DNA from: Caldisericaceae bacterium
Lineage (GTDB): Bacteria; Caldisericota; Caldisericia; Caldisericales; Caldisericaceae
Reading direction: 5' to 3'
Length of the DNA stretch: 60,429 nucleotides
NCBI GenBank assembly: GCA_036574215.1
Contig: JAINCR010000077.1
Coordinates: forward strand, 1-60,429
Shown here: positions 29,207 through 42,500 of the stretch, piece after piece
How positions within the stretch are numbered: position 1 is the stretch's first letter
Layout of the letters: each line of letters begins with the position of its first letter
The notes under the pieces: model-generated
Told to the model about the DNA's origin: nothing
Databases searched by the model: none
What the model saw: the letters and a program-made list of their open reading frames with translations, nothing else
Translations under genes and position numbers: made by a program

Positions 29207-30105
29207 TTGTTTGTTTCAATAATGCTTTTAATAAGCTCTCTAAACTTTGTAGGATTTGAGTTCTTTAGCCTTTCTGATATTTCATATCTGCTTATATAGT
29301 AAGGATCATCGCCAAACTTGTTAAAAGGTTTTTTATAAAGCCCAAACCCTAATTTAAAACCAAGTTTAATGAGGGTATTTCTGGTTGCTTCATCGTAGGC
29401 ACCTTGTGGATAGGTAAACGCTATAACATTGATTTTAAGGGTATTATTAAAGTATTCTTTTGATTTCTTTATATCGTTTTCTATATCTTTATACCGATGT
29501 GTCTTTGTAAGTTTTAAGTAAAAATTATGAAGCAGATGTGAGTGCGAAGAAAACTCAAAGCCGTTATTTTTGAGAATTTCAATTTCCTTTTTGGAAACTT
29601 CCCAAACTGAACCAATAAAACCTGTTATAAGAGAGGAAACTCCTTTAAAGCCATTTTCTTTAAGTAGGTTAGATACTTCAACTTCACTTTTAAAACCATC
29701 ATCAAATGTAAGGATAACACTTCTTTCAGGAATCTTCTTGTTAAACAAAAGAAACGCATACAAATCCTCAAGAGAGATGCTTGTGAAGTCATAGTTTTTA
29801 AGTATCGCAAGCTGTTTTTTAAAGTCATCAAAACTTACATCGTAAGAATTTATTCTTTTACTTTTGCTCTTGTAAATGTTATGGTACATTAAAACTACAC
29901 AAAATGTAGATTTGTTTGAAAATAGCCCGTTATATTCTGATAAAATCTCTTCACTTTTTGTAATACCATAGAGTCTTCCAAGTGAGTAGACTGCATTCTC
30001 AAAGTATGCAATAGGAATATTTTTTTGTAAGTTTGCTTTTGTAGTAGAGGGAGTGATTAAAAACAGTAAAAGAAGTATTATAAAAACGCTAATTAGAATT
30101 CTCAC
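29203..30105 (-). CDS. Polysaccharide deacetylase (CE4, IcaB/PgaB-like)
   Basis: LMYH, LTFDDG, SSHSHLLH, FTYPQG; N-terminal signal or anchor. Confidence 0.85.
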   Translation of the reverse strand: MRILISVFIILLLLFLITPSTTKANLQKNIPIAYFENAVYSLGRLYGITKSEEILSEYNGLFSNKSTFCVVLMYHNIYKSKSKRINSYDVSFDDFKKQLAILKNYDFTSISLEDLYAFLLFNKKIPERSVILTFDDGFKSEVEVSNLLKENGFKGVSSLITGFIGSVWEVSKKEIEILKNNGFEFSSHSHLLHNFYLKLTKTHRYKDIENDIKKSKEYFNNTLKINVIAFTYPQGAYDEATRNTLIKLGFKLGFGLYKKPFNKFGDDPYYISRYEISERLKNSNPTKFRELIKSIIETNN

Positions 30106-30213
30106 ATCATATTATAGTATGTTTTTTCTTTTTATCTTATAGGATAGCATTTTCTTTGTCTATTTTAGACTATTATTTCTTTTTCGGGAGTGATTTGTTT
30201 TTCCTCAAACATG

Positions 30214-30243
30214 ATATCCTTCACTAACGTCGTTCAGGATGAT
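30214..30243 (-). repeat. Degenerate REP-like unit
   Basis: atatccttcactaacgtcgttcaggatgat resembles agatccttcgct..gctcaggatgac. Confidence 0.6.
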
Positions 30244-30315
30244 AAACTTAGTATTATTCTGAATATTCGTTTTTTAAAGAGTGTAACATTTTTATATGAA
30301 AACTACTAAAACTTA

Positions 30316-30343
30316 TTGACTTTATTTTGTATTTCAATAAAAT
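30316..30343 (+). promoter_or_regulatory. Sigma70-type promoter for the amino-acid ABC operon
   Basis: TTGACT-16 nt-TAAAAT; AGGAGG RBS before 30381. Confidence 0.55.
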
Positions 30344-30380
30344 TCTTTTAAAATTAAATATAAATTAAAAGGAGGCAAAT

Positions 30381-31133
30381 ATGAAAAAAGTAATTTTACT
30401 TTTAATTGTCTTTAGTTTGGTAGTAAGTGTATTTACTGGATGCACAAAAAAGGAGAAGGTATTAAGAGTTGGTACTTCTGCAGATTATCCACCGTTTGAA
30501 TACGTTGATGAAAACACAAAAGAATTTGTAGGTTTTGATCTTGATTTAATGAGACTTCTTGGGAAAAAGATGGGTTATGATAAAGTTGAAATTGTGAACA
30601 TGGATTTTGATACGGTCATTCCCTCGCTTTCTACAGATAAAATTGACGTAGGTGCAGCCTGCATAACCATTACAGAAGAGAGGCTTCAACAGGCAGATGC
30701 GGTTCCTTATCTTTCAACTGGGCAAGTAATGCTTGTTAAAAAGGACTCAACTTTTAATCCAAAAACATTTGATGATTTAAGCAACCATAAAATTGGTGTG
30801 CAAAAAGGCACAACTGGTGAGGAGGCAATAGATAATGCAGTAAATGGTGGACAAATTAAAAATGCAACTGTCCAAAGGTACACTTCTGTTGTTCTTGCAA
30901 TTACCGACCTTCAAAATGGCAATATTGATGTTGTAATTATCGATTCACCTGTTGCAACTTACTATTCAACGAAGCAAGATTTTAAAGTCACAGGAGACCT
31001 TACAACAGAAGAAGCAGGTTTATTTGTCAAAAAGGGTAATACCGAATTAAAAAATAGCTTGGAAAAGGCACTATCAGAAGTTAAAGGAACACAAGACTGG
31101 GTTGATCTAATCAATAAATACTTTGGTGGATAA
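30381..31133 (+). CDS. Polar amino-acid ABC substrate-binding lipoprotein
   Basis: FTGC lipobox, GTSADYPPFEY, GVQKGTTG. Confidence 0.92.
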   Translation: MKKVILLLIVFSLVVSVFTGCTKKEKVLRVGTSADYPPFEYVDENTKEFVGFDLDLMRLLGKKMGYDKVEIVNMDFDTVIPSLSTDKIDVGAACITITEERLQQADAVPYLSTGQVMLVKKDSTFNPKTFDDLSNHKIGVQKGTTGEEAIDNAVNGGQIKNATVQRYTSVVLAITDLQNGNIDVVIIDSPVATYYSTKQDFKVTGDLTTEEAGLFVKKGNTELKNSLEKALSEVKGTQDWVDLINKYFGG

Positions 31134-31792
31134 TGGGTTTTGATTTCTCCATATTAAACATTTCAAACCTATTTTACGTTTTGAAAGGTTTATCTTGGAC
31201 GTTATTTCTTACATTTGTTAGTATATCTTTAGGGTTGATAGTTGGTAGTATTCTTGCATTCGGGGAGGTGTATCTACCTCCCCCATTTTCATATGTTTTT
31301 AGAATTATCGGAGAGGTATTAAGAGGTATTCCTCTGTTACTATTGTTTTTAATTCTTTACTTTGGTTTCAATCTTAGCATGACGCTATCTGCAATTTTAG
31401 GATTGGGCTTAAGAAGTGCTTCCTATCAGGGGCAGATTTTCAGGAGTTCACTTGAGGCAATTTCAGTAGGTCAGCTACATGCAGGGCTTTCTCTTGGCTT
31501 TAAAAAATTTGAGGTTTTTAAAGAAATTTTAGTGCCACAATCTATAAGGATAATGATTCCTGGCTGGACTAATGAATTTATTACCGTTTTAAAAGACACC
31601 TCAATTGCTTTTGTTTTAGGTGTTTTGGATTTAATGACGAGAGCAGAATTTATTGCCCGTTCTGTTGGTAGATACCTTGAAATTTACATTTTTGTTGCAC
31701 TTGTGTATTTTATTCTTGTTAAAATCTCAATGATTACTCTAAATAATCTATACGAGAAAATAAGAATACCTGGATTGGGGGAGAAAAGATGA
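31133..31792 (+). CDS. Polar amino-acid ABC permease
   Basis: LRGIP, NEFITVLKDTS. Confidence 0.9.
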   Translation: MGFDFSILNISNLFYVLKGLSWTLFLTFVSISLGLIVGSILAFGEVYLPPPFSYVFRIIGEVLRGIPLLLLFLILYFGFNLSMTLSAILGLGLRSASYQGQIFRSSLEAISVGQLHAGLSLGFKKFEVFKEILVPQSIRIMIPGWTNEFITVLKDTSIAFVLGVLDLMTRAEFIARSVGRYLEIYIFVALVYFILVKISMITLNNLYEKIRIPGLGEKR

Positions 31793-32529
31793 AAGAAGTC
31801 TTAAGAGTGGAAAACTTGAGAAAATCCTATCACAAAAATGAAGTGCTAAAAGGTGTAAGTTTTTCAATAAACGAGGGAGAGACAAAAGTCATCATTGGGC
31901 CAAGTGGTGGTGGAAAAAGCACTCTTCTTTATTGTATTAACTACCTTCAAAAACCTGATGGCGGAGAAATCTACATTGATTCTGAACTTATTACCCCTAA
32001 AAATATTTACGAGATGCGTAAAAAAATTGGCTTTGTTTTTCAATATTTTAACCTATTCATGCATCTTACCGCTCTTGATAATGTGCTTATTGGCTTATTA
32101 AAAGTAAAAAAACTTCCAAAAGATGAATCTTTAAAAGTTGCAAAAGATTCTTTAAATCTTGTAGGTATCACAGAGAATCTCTGGAAACACTATCCTGCAC
32201 AACTTTCTGGAGGGCAACAGCAAAGAGTTGCAATTGCAAGAGCCATCGCAATGAATCCACGTATAATTCTTTTTGATGAACCCACATCTGCTCTTGATGT
32301 AGAACTTATTTCTGAAGTTTTAAATGCAATGAGAGTATTAGCAGAACACGGGATGACGATGCTTATAGTAACCCATGAACTTGAATTTGCCAAAAACATT
32401 GCACAAGAGATTATGTTTCTTGACGGAGGCATTGTTGTAGAGAAAGGAAATCCAAAAGAAATTATTGGAAATCCAAAAAGCGAGAGATTGAAAAAGTTCT
32501 TAAGTAAGATTTCAAAAGGTGAAGAATGA
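31789..32529 (+). CDS. Polar amino-acid ABC ATPase (GlnQ-like)
   Basis: GPSGGGKST, LSGGQQQR, FDEPTSALD. Confidence 0.93.
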   Translation: MKEVLRVENLRKSYHKNEVLKGVSFSINEGETKVIIGPSGGGKSTLLYCINYLQKPDGGEIYIDSELITPKNIYEMRKKIGFVFQYFNLFMHLTALDNVLIGLLKVKKLPKDESLKVAKDSLNLVGITENLWKHYPAQLSGGQQQRVAIARAIAMNPRIILFDEPTSALDVELISEVLNAMRVLAEHGMTMLIVTHELEFAKNIAQEIMFLDGGIVVEKGNPKEIIGNPKSERLKKFLSKISKGEE

Positions 32530-33209
32530 ATGTTTTTTCTAAGGTTATTTTAAACTTTAAGGATTTTTGGCTTACAGGAATAAAACTTACAGTGCAAATT
32601 ACAATTTATTCAATTTTCATTGGTTTATTTTTAGGTTTACTTTTGGCAATTATGCGTATCTACGGAAACAGATTTTTAAAAGCTTTAGCGGTGGGGTATA
32701 TCGACATTATTAGAGGAACTCCCATGATTGTGCAACTATTCATACTCTATTATGGGCTTGGTTCAACACAGATAGCGAAATTTACACCAATGCAAGCGGC
32801 AATTATTGGAATGGGACTAAATAGTGCCGCATACCAAGCAGAATATTTTAGGACAGCGTTTCTTGCTATCCCAACAGGTCAAACAGAAGCAGCACTCTCT
32901 CTAGGGATGACTAAAACAGGGTTGATTTTTAACATCCTCTTACCACAGGTAATAAGGATTGTTCTACCATCGTGGACGAATGAACTTATTGCCCTTACAC
33001 AATATTCAAGCCTTGCGATGGTGTTAACAGTTATGGAATTAACGTCTGTTGCAAAGTATGTCGGAAGTAAAACATTTCTCTACATTCAAGCCTTTTCGGT
33101 TGCAGGAATAATCTATTTAGCAATATCTGTCATTTTAACACGTTTAATGACTTACTTTGAAAAGAAACTTTCAATACCTGGGGGATCTACTGCAAAATTG
33201 AGAATTTAA
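32526..33209 (+). CDS. Polar amino-acid ABC permease
   Basis: IRGTPMIVQLF, GQTEAALSLG (EAA loop). Confidence 0.9.
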   Translation: MNVFSKVILNFKDFWLTGIKLTVQITIYSIFIGLFLGLLLAIMRIYGNRFLKALAVGYIDIIRGTPMIVQLFILYYGLGSTQIAKFTPMQAAIIGMGLNSAAYQAEYFRTAFLAIPTGQTEAALSLGMTKTGLIFNILLPQVIRIVLPSWTNELIALTQYSSLAMVLTVMELTSVAKYVGSKTFLYIQAFSVAGIIYLAISVILTRLMTYFEKKLSIPGGSTAKLRI

Positions 33210-33268
33210 GTTATAACGGAAATTATTCTGATAAGGTAAAGTTCCCTTTGATACTTACCCAAAAAGAT

Positions 33269-33345
33269 AGGATCCTTCGCTATCGCTCAGGATGACAAAT
33301 TGAGAGTCATTCTGAGGAGTGAACATAGTGAGCAAAGAAGAATCT
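33269..33345. repeat. Inverted pair of REP-like units
   Basis: aggatccttcgctatcgctcaggatgac, a 9-nt spacer, then gtcattctgaggag...gaagaatct. Confidence 0.85.
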
Positions 33346-33591
33346 TATCCTTTAAACTTGAAGAGTTGAAAACCCTCTCAATTTAAAGAAGAATCTTACT
33401 TTTTCCTTAAGAAAAACCTTGATTTTTTTAATAAAATTTTATCATTCTTGAACTTTTATAAAGATTTTCAATCTTTTATACATGAACTTTAGAAGAATTT
33501 TGCAGTTACACAACTTATAGTTGTTGTTAATATTTTTTAATTTTGTTTTAAACTACTATAATATTTATAAATAAAACTTAAGGGGGAATAC

Positions 33592-36500
33592 ATGAAAGCA
33601 AAAGTATTTAATTTGCTTATAATAATAATTTTATTAATGGATTTGATACCATTCGGTAAAGTGCTTGCTGCTCCAAGTATGTCTGTTTCGCCAACAAATA
33701 CTCAGTCAGCAAAAGTCGGGATAGGTTCCTCATACCTCATCACCATAACAAATACATGTTCTGAAGTTGATTTATTTAATATTACTTATTCGCCAACTGA
33801 TCCTAATTGGAGTGTCCAATTATTATCTTCTGATAATTCAACACCACTTACAGACCTTAACGGCGATAGTATTCCAGACACAGGCAATCTACAACCTAAC
33901 GAGAGTGCAAATATTTATGTAAAAGTTACACCCAACTACAGTGTCTGCAACAATTCCCAATATCAGTTAACTCTTACTGCAACTTCAACAAATGGAAATT
34001 GCGGTGGAAGTGCACAAGTTGTCCTCACAACAACTGCAATTCACACTGGGAATCTTGTTGTTACAAAAAGCGCAAACCCAACTGATGCAAAGGTAGGAGA
34101 TACAGTTACATGGACGATTCACATAAAGAATACAGGAGACGACCCGATTGCTAACGTCTCTGTAAGTGATACATTAGGTGCAGGATGTGCCTATACAGGT
34201 AATTTTTCATCCTCTCCATCTCAAAATTCTGGAGATTTCCCTTCATGGAGTTATAGTGAAATCCCTCCAGGTTCTGATTATGTTATTACCTTTACCTCTA
34301 CAATTACAGGTTGTAGTAATGCCGATAATACAGTTTCTGTGAGTTGGGGAAACAACTGCCAAACACAAACTGCTCTTGCTTCAGTGAAAATTATACCAAC
34401 CACGCCTAACATAAGTTTTACTCCTGCAAATATTGCCGTTCCTTATTGCTCATCAACCTCTGTTTTAATTCCCATTACCAACAACGGCGACGGTTTTGCA
34501 AAAGAATTTAAATTAAAAATTGATAAAATTCCATCTTTTTATAGCATACAAAATGTAGATCCAAATTGGAGTTATGACTCTAATACCGGTGAATTTACCT
34601 ATATAGGAGGAAACCCTCAGGGCGCAATTCCACCTAACGGTATTGTAAATCTTTCTTTTGATGTTGCAATGCCTCAAGGGAGTTGTGATGTTACACAAGG
34701 AAACGCAATCCTCAAGTTTATTGTAGAATATAAAGATCCTTGCGGGAACTTATTCTATAATCCGTCTTTACTTGGAAGTATTAGTGTTTCAGGAAGTGGA
34801 AGCTATTTTGATATTTCAAAAACTGGTCCAAGAGCAGTAGATATAGGACAAACGGGACTAACCTATACGATAAATATTACCTACCATAAGGGAGGTTGTA
34901 ATAACGATAGCTTAGTTACTAATATTTCGGATACTCTACCAGATCCCTTTATTCCAAATGGTGCAAATAATGGGGGAACTATCAATGGACAGACGGTTAC
35001 CTGGAGTAATGTAACGTTTCAGGATGGTGTCCCACAGACTTTTACCATAACTTTTGATGTAACTTCCGATCCTTGCTATGCCCATAATACCTATACAAAC
35101 GAAGTTACTCTTTCAAATTTAACTGACTGTTGCGGATGTCCCATAAGTGGAACAAACGCAACCTATGCAACGTACATTAATGATCCTGCATCTACAATAA
35201 CAGACTCATCAAAGAGTGTAGATTATGAAGATATTGAGGTTGATTGTTCTACTGATACAAACCCTTACACTAACCCGTCGGGCAATCCAGATGACCATAA
35301 CAACAGAAGATACACTGTTGAATATGATTTTAATACTGGAAGTAATGCACCGTCAAGTTGGAGTGGTATCATTTTTAGAGATGAACTTAATAACAATCAA
35401 TTTACAAACGCTGATATTGCAAACATATTGGTTGAGGTAGATAGCGGCTTAGGTTTCCAACAAGTGTCTGGGTGGGTCGTTAATTCTTATGTCCCATTAG
35501 AAATTAATTTAAGTGGACTAAATGCACCACCTCCTAACACAGGTTTAAAACTCAGGATCTCTTTTACTGCAAGAGCAACCCGAGTGGGAAGCTATGTTGA
35601 TTGGTCTTCACTTGAAATTCCAGGATTTCCAAGGGGATGTTCTTTAGACCCTAAATACTATGAAGGAATTGACGTAAGCGATTATAGAGCAGAACTTACA
35701 CTTGCAACAACTGTGCCTCAAACTGTTGAAAAATGTGCTACTTATGATATACCCATTACTCTAAATCCTATAAATGCAAATGTAGACCACGCAGATTTAA
35801 CTGTTTCTCTTAACGGTTTTACATACGTTCAAAACTCTACCACGTATAGCAATAATGGTAATTGGTGCAGCGGAACAAAAGGTGAGCCACAATATGATCC
35901 TAATACAAATACTCTTACATGGAATTACTCTCAGTTGAATGAAATCTACTCTTCTGGCACAATAACAATAAAAGTGAAAAAAGACTGCACAAATAACACA
36001 TCAATTAATGTTTTGTCGAATTATAAAGATAACTGTTCTAATGGTTATCAAGTTTCTGCATCTTCATCTGCATATTTAATAAAATCTGCTTTACTTTACT
36101 CAAAAATTACACCTCAAAATAATTTTGGCTATTCAAAAACAGTTGATTGGAAATTTTATATAACAAACGGTGGCGATGGCACTGCAAGAGAAGTATTAGC
36201 TAAAACAACTTTAGGGTCTGGGTTATCATTTAATTCTGACGGTGCTTATGTAAAAATTGGAAATACAACATACAGTTATGGAGATTTTTCAATTGGATGG
36301 CCTACTGATGTAGCAACGGGAACACTTACATGGGACTTTAAAGAACTTTCAATTAGTCCCTCTTCAACCGTTGAAATTTATTTTAAAACTGATATCAGTA
36401 GTTGCAGTGAATCAAATTTAACAGCAGAAGTCTTTTCCAGTTGGTGTAGTTGCCAAGAATCAAACCACGATTATGGGCAGGTAAGGATACCAAGTTCCTA

Positions 36501-39500
36501 TGCACTCACTACCATTGAATCTGCAGACGTATATCTCTGTGGAAACGGAAGTGTTGTAATAAAAGTTTCTAACATAGGCACTACACATGTTTACAATGCA
36601 AAAATAACAGTAGATATTCCAAAATATCTAAAATATTCGCCGAATTCTTCAAAGTATTCTTATAACGGTGGCGCACAACAAAGCGCAAACGATCCTCAGA
36701 TAACACAAATTCTGGGTGGAGATTACGCTGGAGGCTATGAACTTGTTTGGGATGTTTCTGATATACCTGAGCTAAGCGATCTATCCCCTTCAGACTACAT
36801 AAACCTTACTTTCAATGTTGAACCTGATTCACCTACTTACACTTCCTGTGATTTCTTCCGTAGTTCTTTTCAGAAAGTAAAGGCATATTCAAATTTTGCA
36901 AAGCCGTGCAATTCAACCGATCCTACAGAAGTTTCAAATGTTTTTGAAACTAATTTTACAACACATAAGGCTGATCTTGCAATGACTAAAATGGTTGTAA
37001 ATATTGATGGGACAGATGTAAACCCAGCACATTATTTCCCAAGAGAGCTAAACTCAACAATTACTTTTGAAGTTGGTATTACTAACAATGGTGATTTATC
37101 TACCTTAAAAACGAACTTTGCAGATGTATTAACTGGAACAAACCAGCATCCATTAGATTACGTTTCTGCGCAGTATTCTTATGATGGAGGGACTTGGACG
37201 AATGTGCCTTGGGATTCTGCACCTCCTGTAGGATCCTCAGGCTCACTTATCTGGAATAATATTGAATCTGATTTAGGGCAAGGTATTGAACCAGGCAAAG
37301 CCCTTAAAATTAGAATAACTGCCACGGTTGATTCACTATGCACTTCTAATGAAGCATATAACTATTCTGAGCTTTGGACAGGATGCTCAGATTTAACTGA
37401 TATGAATTCAGGTAATCTAATAAGTAGTGCAACAGGTGTTCCTGATTGGAATGGTGCTTTATCTACATCTTGCCCTATTTACCAAGCAAAATATTCAAGG
37501 GTAATGTCTCATAGAGATTCCTGGGCTATGACTTATAAAAACAATATTCCTGATTACATTCCTACTTGTGCTAAGGATGTTGTATTTGAAATCGAATTTG
37601 ATAATGGTGCAACATATGAAGGAGGGACAACAATTTATGCGCCATTAGCAATTTATGATGTAATACCACAAGGTGCAACTTATGTAAGTGGTTCAACAGA
37701 ATTTATGCTACCAGGAGCAGGAGCTTGGACTGCGGGAAGTGATCCAACTATTTCAACAGTAACATTCAATAGCTCTCATTACGGTTGGAATGGCAATTTT
37801 ACGCAACTTGAGTGGAACTCAACGAATAATGCTACTCTTGGTCTTATAAATATTTCTCCTGGGCAGTCTATAAGGGTGCGTTTTAAACTTGATTTTGGGA
37901 ACTGCAGTGCCGTTATGAATCCAATTATAAACAGGCAGAGACTTTCAGGATATGATTGTAACGGCTCTTCTGGGACTCAATTCTTCTTTCCATATGATCC
38001 TTGGTGGAACACTGACTATTGGCAATATACACCAGAACATGCATGGGTTAAAGTTTCTAATAAATTATCTCCCAACATCGAAATTACAAAGAGTGTTGAT
38101 AAATCCAGTGCATCACCTGGCGATACGTTACTTTATGAAATTCATCTGAGAAATACAGGAAATGGAAGTTCTGATGTATTTAGTATTACTGATCAATTAC
38201 CACCTTACACCGCCCTTGTTTCAGGAAGCATAACTGACGGTCCTCCGCCAGGATTAGGCATAGCCTATTCTTGGATGGAGCATACCTATGACTCAGTAAC
38301 TAACACAATTACATGGTTTAGTAGTTCTGTTGGTATTGCGTATGATGATATAACAGGGATAACAGGATATAGTAGTAAGGTTGATAACAATGCTATTTGT
38401 CTTAGTAGTAACTGCTCTCCAGTTGGGACTGCCTATAAAAATGATGGAGATTATTTAAGACATACGGCAAATAATGCTGTATACGATGATGTGGATAATT
38501 CGGGAGATGTATCTTCTGGAGATATTTTACTTGCTGGACCAAAAGAACCTGTAGGCACACCATTTGTGGCACCACCTTCTGGAATGACAAGTGATCCTTT
38601 ACGGCACTACATAGACACAGCAACTAACGCTGTATCTGTTTATGATGATGTAGATAATGATGGAACGGTTTCAGCTAACGATATTATCATTAAAGGTCCT
38701 GCTGTTCCGATTGGAACACTTTATAGTCCTCTTCCTAGTGGTGTAACAACAGATCCGTTAAAACATACAGAGCATGGAGTTCCTGCAGGTGCAGATACAA
38801 CACTCTCATTCAGGGTGGTAGTTTCAGGCTCTTCTGGATACATAAGTAATCAGGCTAAATTTACTGATAGTTGTTGTTATACAACACCACTTCTATCAAA
38901 TTTAGCTCAAACACATATTACGGCAACTCCTATAAAAGTAGAAAAAGATCTTGTAGAAATTAGTGGATACCAATACCCGCCACGACCTTATAAAGCACAG
39001 ATTGCTGATCTTGTGAGATTTAGAATAAAGGTAAGAAATTTAGGAAATTTACCTGTTTATAACGTTGACGTTTACGATGCTCTACCAACAGGATGGGAAA
39101 TTCAAAGTGGGACTTCCCGTTATGCTTTAACAAATGGATCTCTTCCTTCAAGTTGGACAAATGCGCCAGCACCAAATACATCACCATACCAAACACCCCC
39201 TGATCCACCACCTAACTTTAATGGAGTGCAGTGGCATATTCAACAGCCTCTTCAAGCGACGGATGATAACGGTGGTTCAACAGGTGGTAACCTTGATACA
39301 CTTTACCTTGAATTTGTTGCAAGAATAACATCTTCTGCACTTGGTTCTCCGTCGGGCGAATACAACCTAAATAGTGCTGATATATCTTGCACTCTTGATG
39401 CTGATGGAAATCAGCCAGTTGAAAGAAGTTCGTTTGATTTATCCGATGCAACTGAGTGGGTGTTAGTTTATAAACCCCAACTTGTAATAACAAAAGTTGT

Positions 39501-42500
39501 AACTCAAATAGGCTCTAATACATCAAATACTACCAGAGTAGAAATAGGAGAGACGGTAAAGTATAAAATTACTGTTACAAATACTTCTTCTTTTGCAAGT
39601 GTATACAATGTCGATGTTACAGATACTCTTCCCACAGGTTTTTCTTACAAACCAGGTTCAACTTATGCAACCTGGGTAAGTTGGTCAGGCAGTCATTCAT
39701 CAACAAACGATCCGATAGGAGCAAATCCTTACCTATGGGATCTTAATGCAGAAATTAAAGCAGGTGAGTCTTTAACTATTACTTTTGAAGCAGTAGTTAC
39801 TTCCAGTGCAAACTTGGGACAAGCTGTTAACACTTCAACTGCACAGGGTAATGATGGTGATGGAGCTTTATACGCCGCAACAGCACCAGATTCTACCAAC
39901 CAAGCGAAAGCATCCGTAGTTGTATACAAGCCTGTTTTGAGGGTAACAAAGGTAGCAGATCTTTCAACTGTTTCTGTCGGAAGTGAAGTTACGTTTACAA
40001 TAAAAGTTGAAAATCTAGATTCGTATGCTTCGGCATATAGCGTTGATGTTGTAGATACGCTCCCTTCTAACTGGAATTACGTTTCAAATACTTCAGAATA
40101 CGTTTTGAATAACGGATCAACCCCTACAAGTTGGAATCCAACTACACCTACAATAACAGGTAATACTTTAACCTTTGATTTAAATGAAACGATAAATTCA
40201 ACTGATGACCAAGGAACTTCTTCGGGAGTCTCTAATGATACCTTATGGATAAGATTAAAAGCAAATCCAACGAATTCTGCTGTGGGATGTTCAAACGTAA
40301 ATACTGTTTTAGTTAATGCAAAAGACGGTGAGGGTACATCTATTCCTTCTGTATCTGATAGTTGTGAAGTATGTGTTTGCTCTCCCAAACTTGCAATTGA
40401 AAAATTTGCAAATAAATCAAAGGCAAGAATAAATGAAAGTGTTGAATTTACCATAAAAGTTATCAATAAGAACCCAGTTGATGCATTTAATGTGGATGTC
40501 TTTGATTATCTGCCAAATGGTTGGATTTATGAAAACAATTCAACTTCGTATGCTTTGACAAATGGTTCAACACCAACTAGCTGGACACCTTCTTCAAATC
40601 CTGTAATTAGTGATGATACACTACATTTTGATCTGAACTTACTTATAAAAGGTAGCGACGATAATGGTGGTGCAACAGGTTCAGCTCTTGACACGCTTTT
40701 TGTAAAATTCTCTTCTCATCCTACAAGTAGTGCTTCTTATGGAGCAAATACTAACAGAGCAGTTTCACAAGGAGAGGATAGTGGAGGAAACTTAATTGGT
40801 TCACCTATTAGTGAATTCTATGTTAATGTCCTAAAACCCGATGTCACAATAACAAAGGTAAGTAATGTAAACACTCAAAATGTTAACGGTGAGATTACCT
40901 ATACAATTACTGCAACAAATAATGGCAACGAAGATCTCATAAATGCAACAATTATTGATACTCTACCTGATGGTGTAACTTTTGTATCCAGTTCGGGCGG
41001 CACTTATACCCCAGGATCACCTGCGACTGTTAAGTGGAGCAGTGTCTCCATACAAGCTGGAGGAGGTAGTTGGGTTGGCACAATTACTGTTAAAGTTAAC
41101 AAAAATATTCCTGATAACACCTTACTTAAAAATTCTGTAACAGGTTCAGGAAGTGATACTCAAGGTAATCCGTATAATTTTGATGTAGCAACCTCGCAAA
41201 CTGAAGTTTTATCACCAAATCTTGTAGTTTCAAAAGAGAGTAATCCTAATCCTGTAAAAGCAGGGCAAAATTTAACTTATACAATTACGATTTTAAATAA
41301 CGGTTCTGCTCCTGCAAATGGTGTTGTTGTAACTGACAATACTCCTGTCAATACTACCTTTGTATCTGCAAGATTTATCACAGGCACAGGTTCGGTTAAT
41401 ACTCCTAACGTAGGAGAATCTGGACTTATAACCTATAGTGTATCAGGACAAATAAACGCAGGTGATTCAGTTATCTTAGAACTTGTTGTTCAAGTTAAAT
41501 CTCCGATTAACGACAACACACACATTAATAATACCGCAACAATTGATTCTTCTGAGCAAGGCCCAATAAATGCCTCTAACGATACAATTGTTTCTTCTCT
41601 ACCTAATCTTACAATTGCCAAAAGTGATTCTGAAGATCCCATAAAACAGGATAGGGACTTGGTTTATACGATAAGTTATGCAAATACAGGAACGATGAAC
41701 CTTACAAATTTAGTAATTGTTGATACGCTTCCAAGCGGTGTTACTTATGTATCTTCAACTCCTTCTGGAAGTCTTGTGGGTAATACTTTAACATGGAATG
41801 TCGTAAATCTACCAGCAGGATCATCGGCAAATATTACAGTTGTTGTTCATGTAAATAGTGATGTTCAAAATGGAGCAGTTTTAATAAACCAAGTAAGTGC
41901 TAATTCTGATCAGGTAAGCGCAAGCACTACCGAAGATACAACAGTTGGTGCTCCAACAAATCTTACGATCTCTAAATCTGATAGTTTGGACCCAGTGCAA
42001 GCAGGTGATGAATTTAGTTATACGATAGTATATCAAAATACAGGTGGACAAGATGCAACAAATGTTGTAATTGAAGATACACTGCCTTCGGTTGTTACAT
42101 TTATTTCAGAGACCCATCCTAACGGAGTAAATTTTAACCAAGGTCCACCTTTGAGATGGACGATAAGCACTCTACCTGCAGGATCATCTGGAACTATTAC
42201 AATAACTGTAAAAGTGCCTTTAGATACTAATAATGGCCTCTTGCTTGTAAATACTGCAACAATAAAAAGTAGCGAGACCAACCCAGTTTCTGACTTGGAA
42301 ACTACTTTAGTTAAGAGTGCACCTAACCTTGTGATAGATAAAACTGCACAATCAGTTAATAGCCCTCCACAGGCAAAAGACACCTTGACTTATTCAATTA
42401 AATATGGAAATACAGGCAATCTTACTGCAACCAATACTGTAATTACAGACCATATTCCTTCTAATACGCGCTTTGTTGTTGGTAGTGCAACACAACCTGC

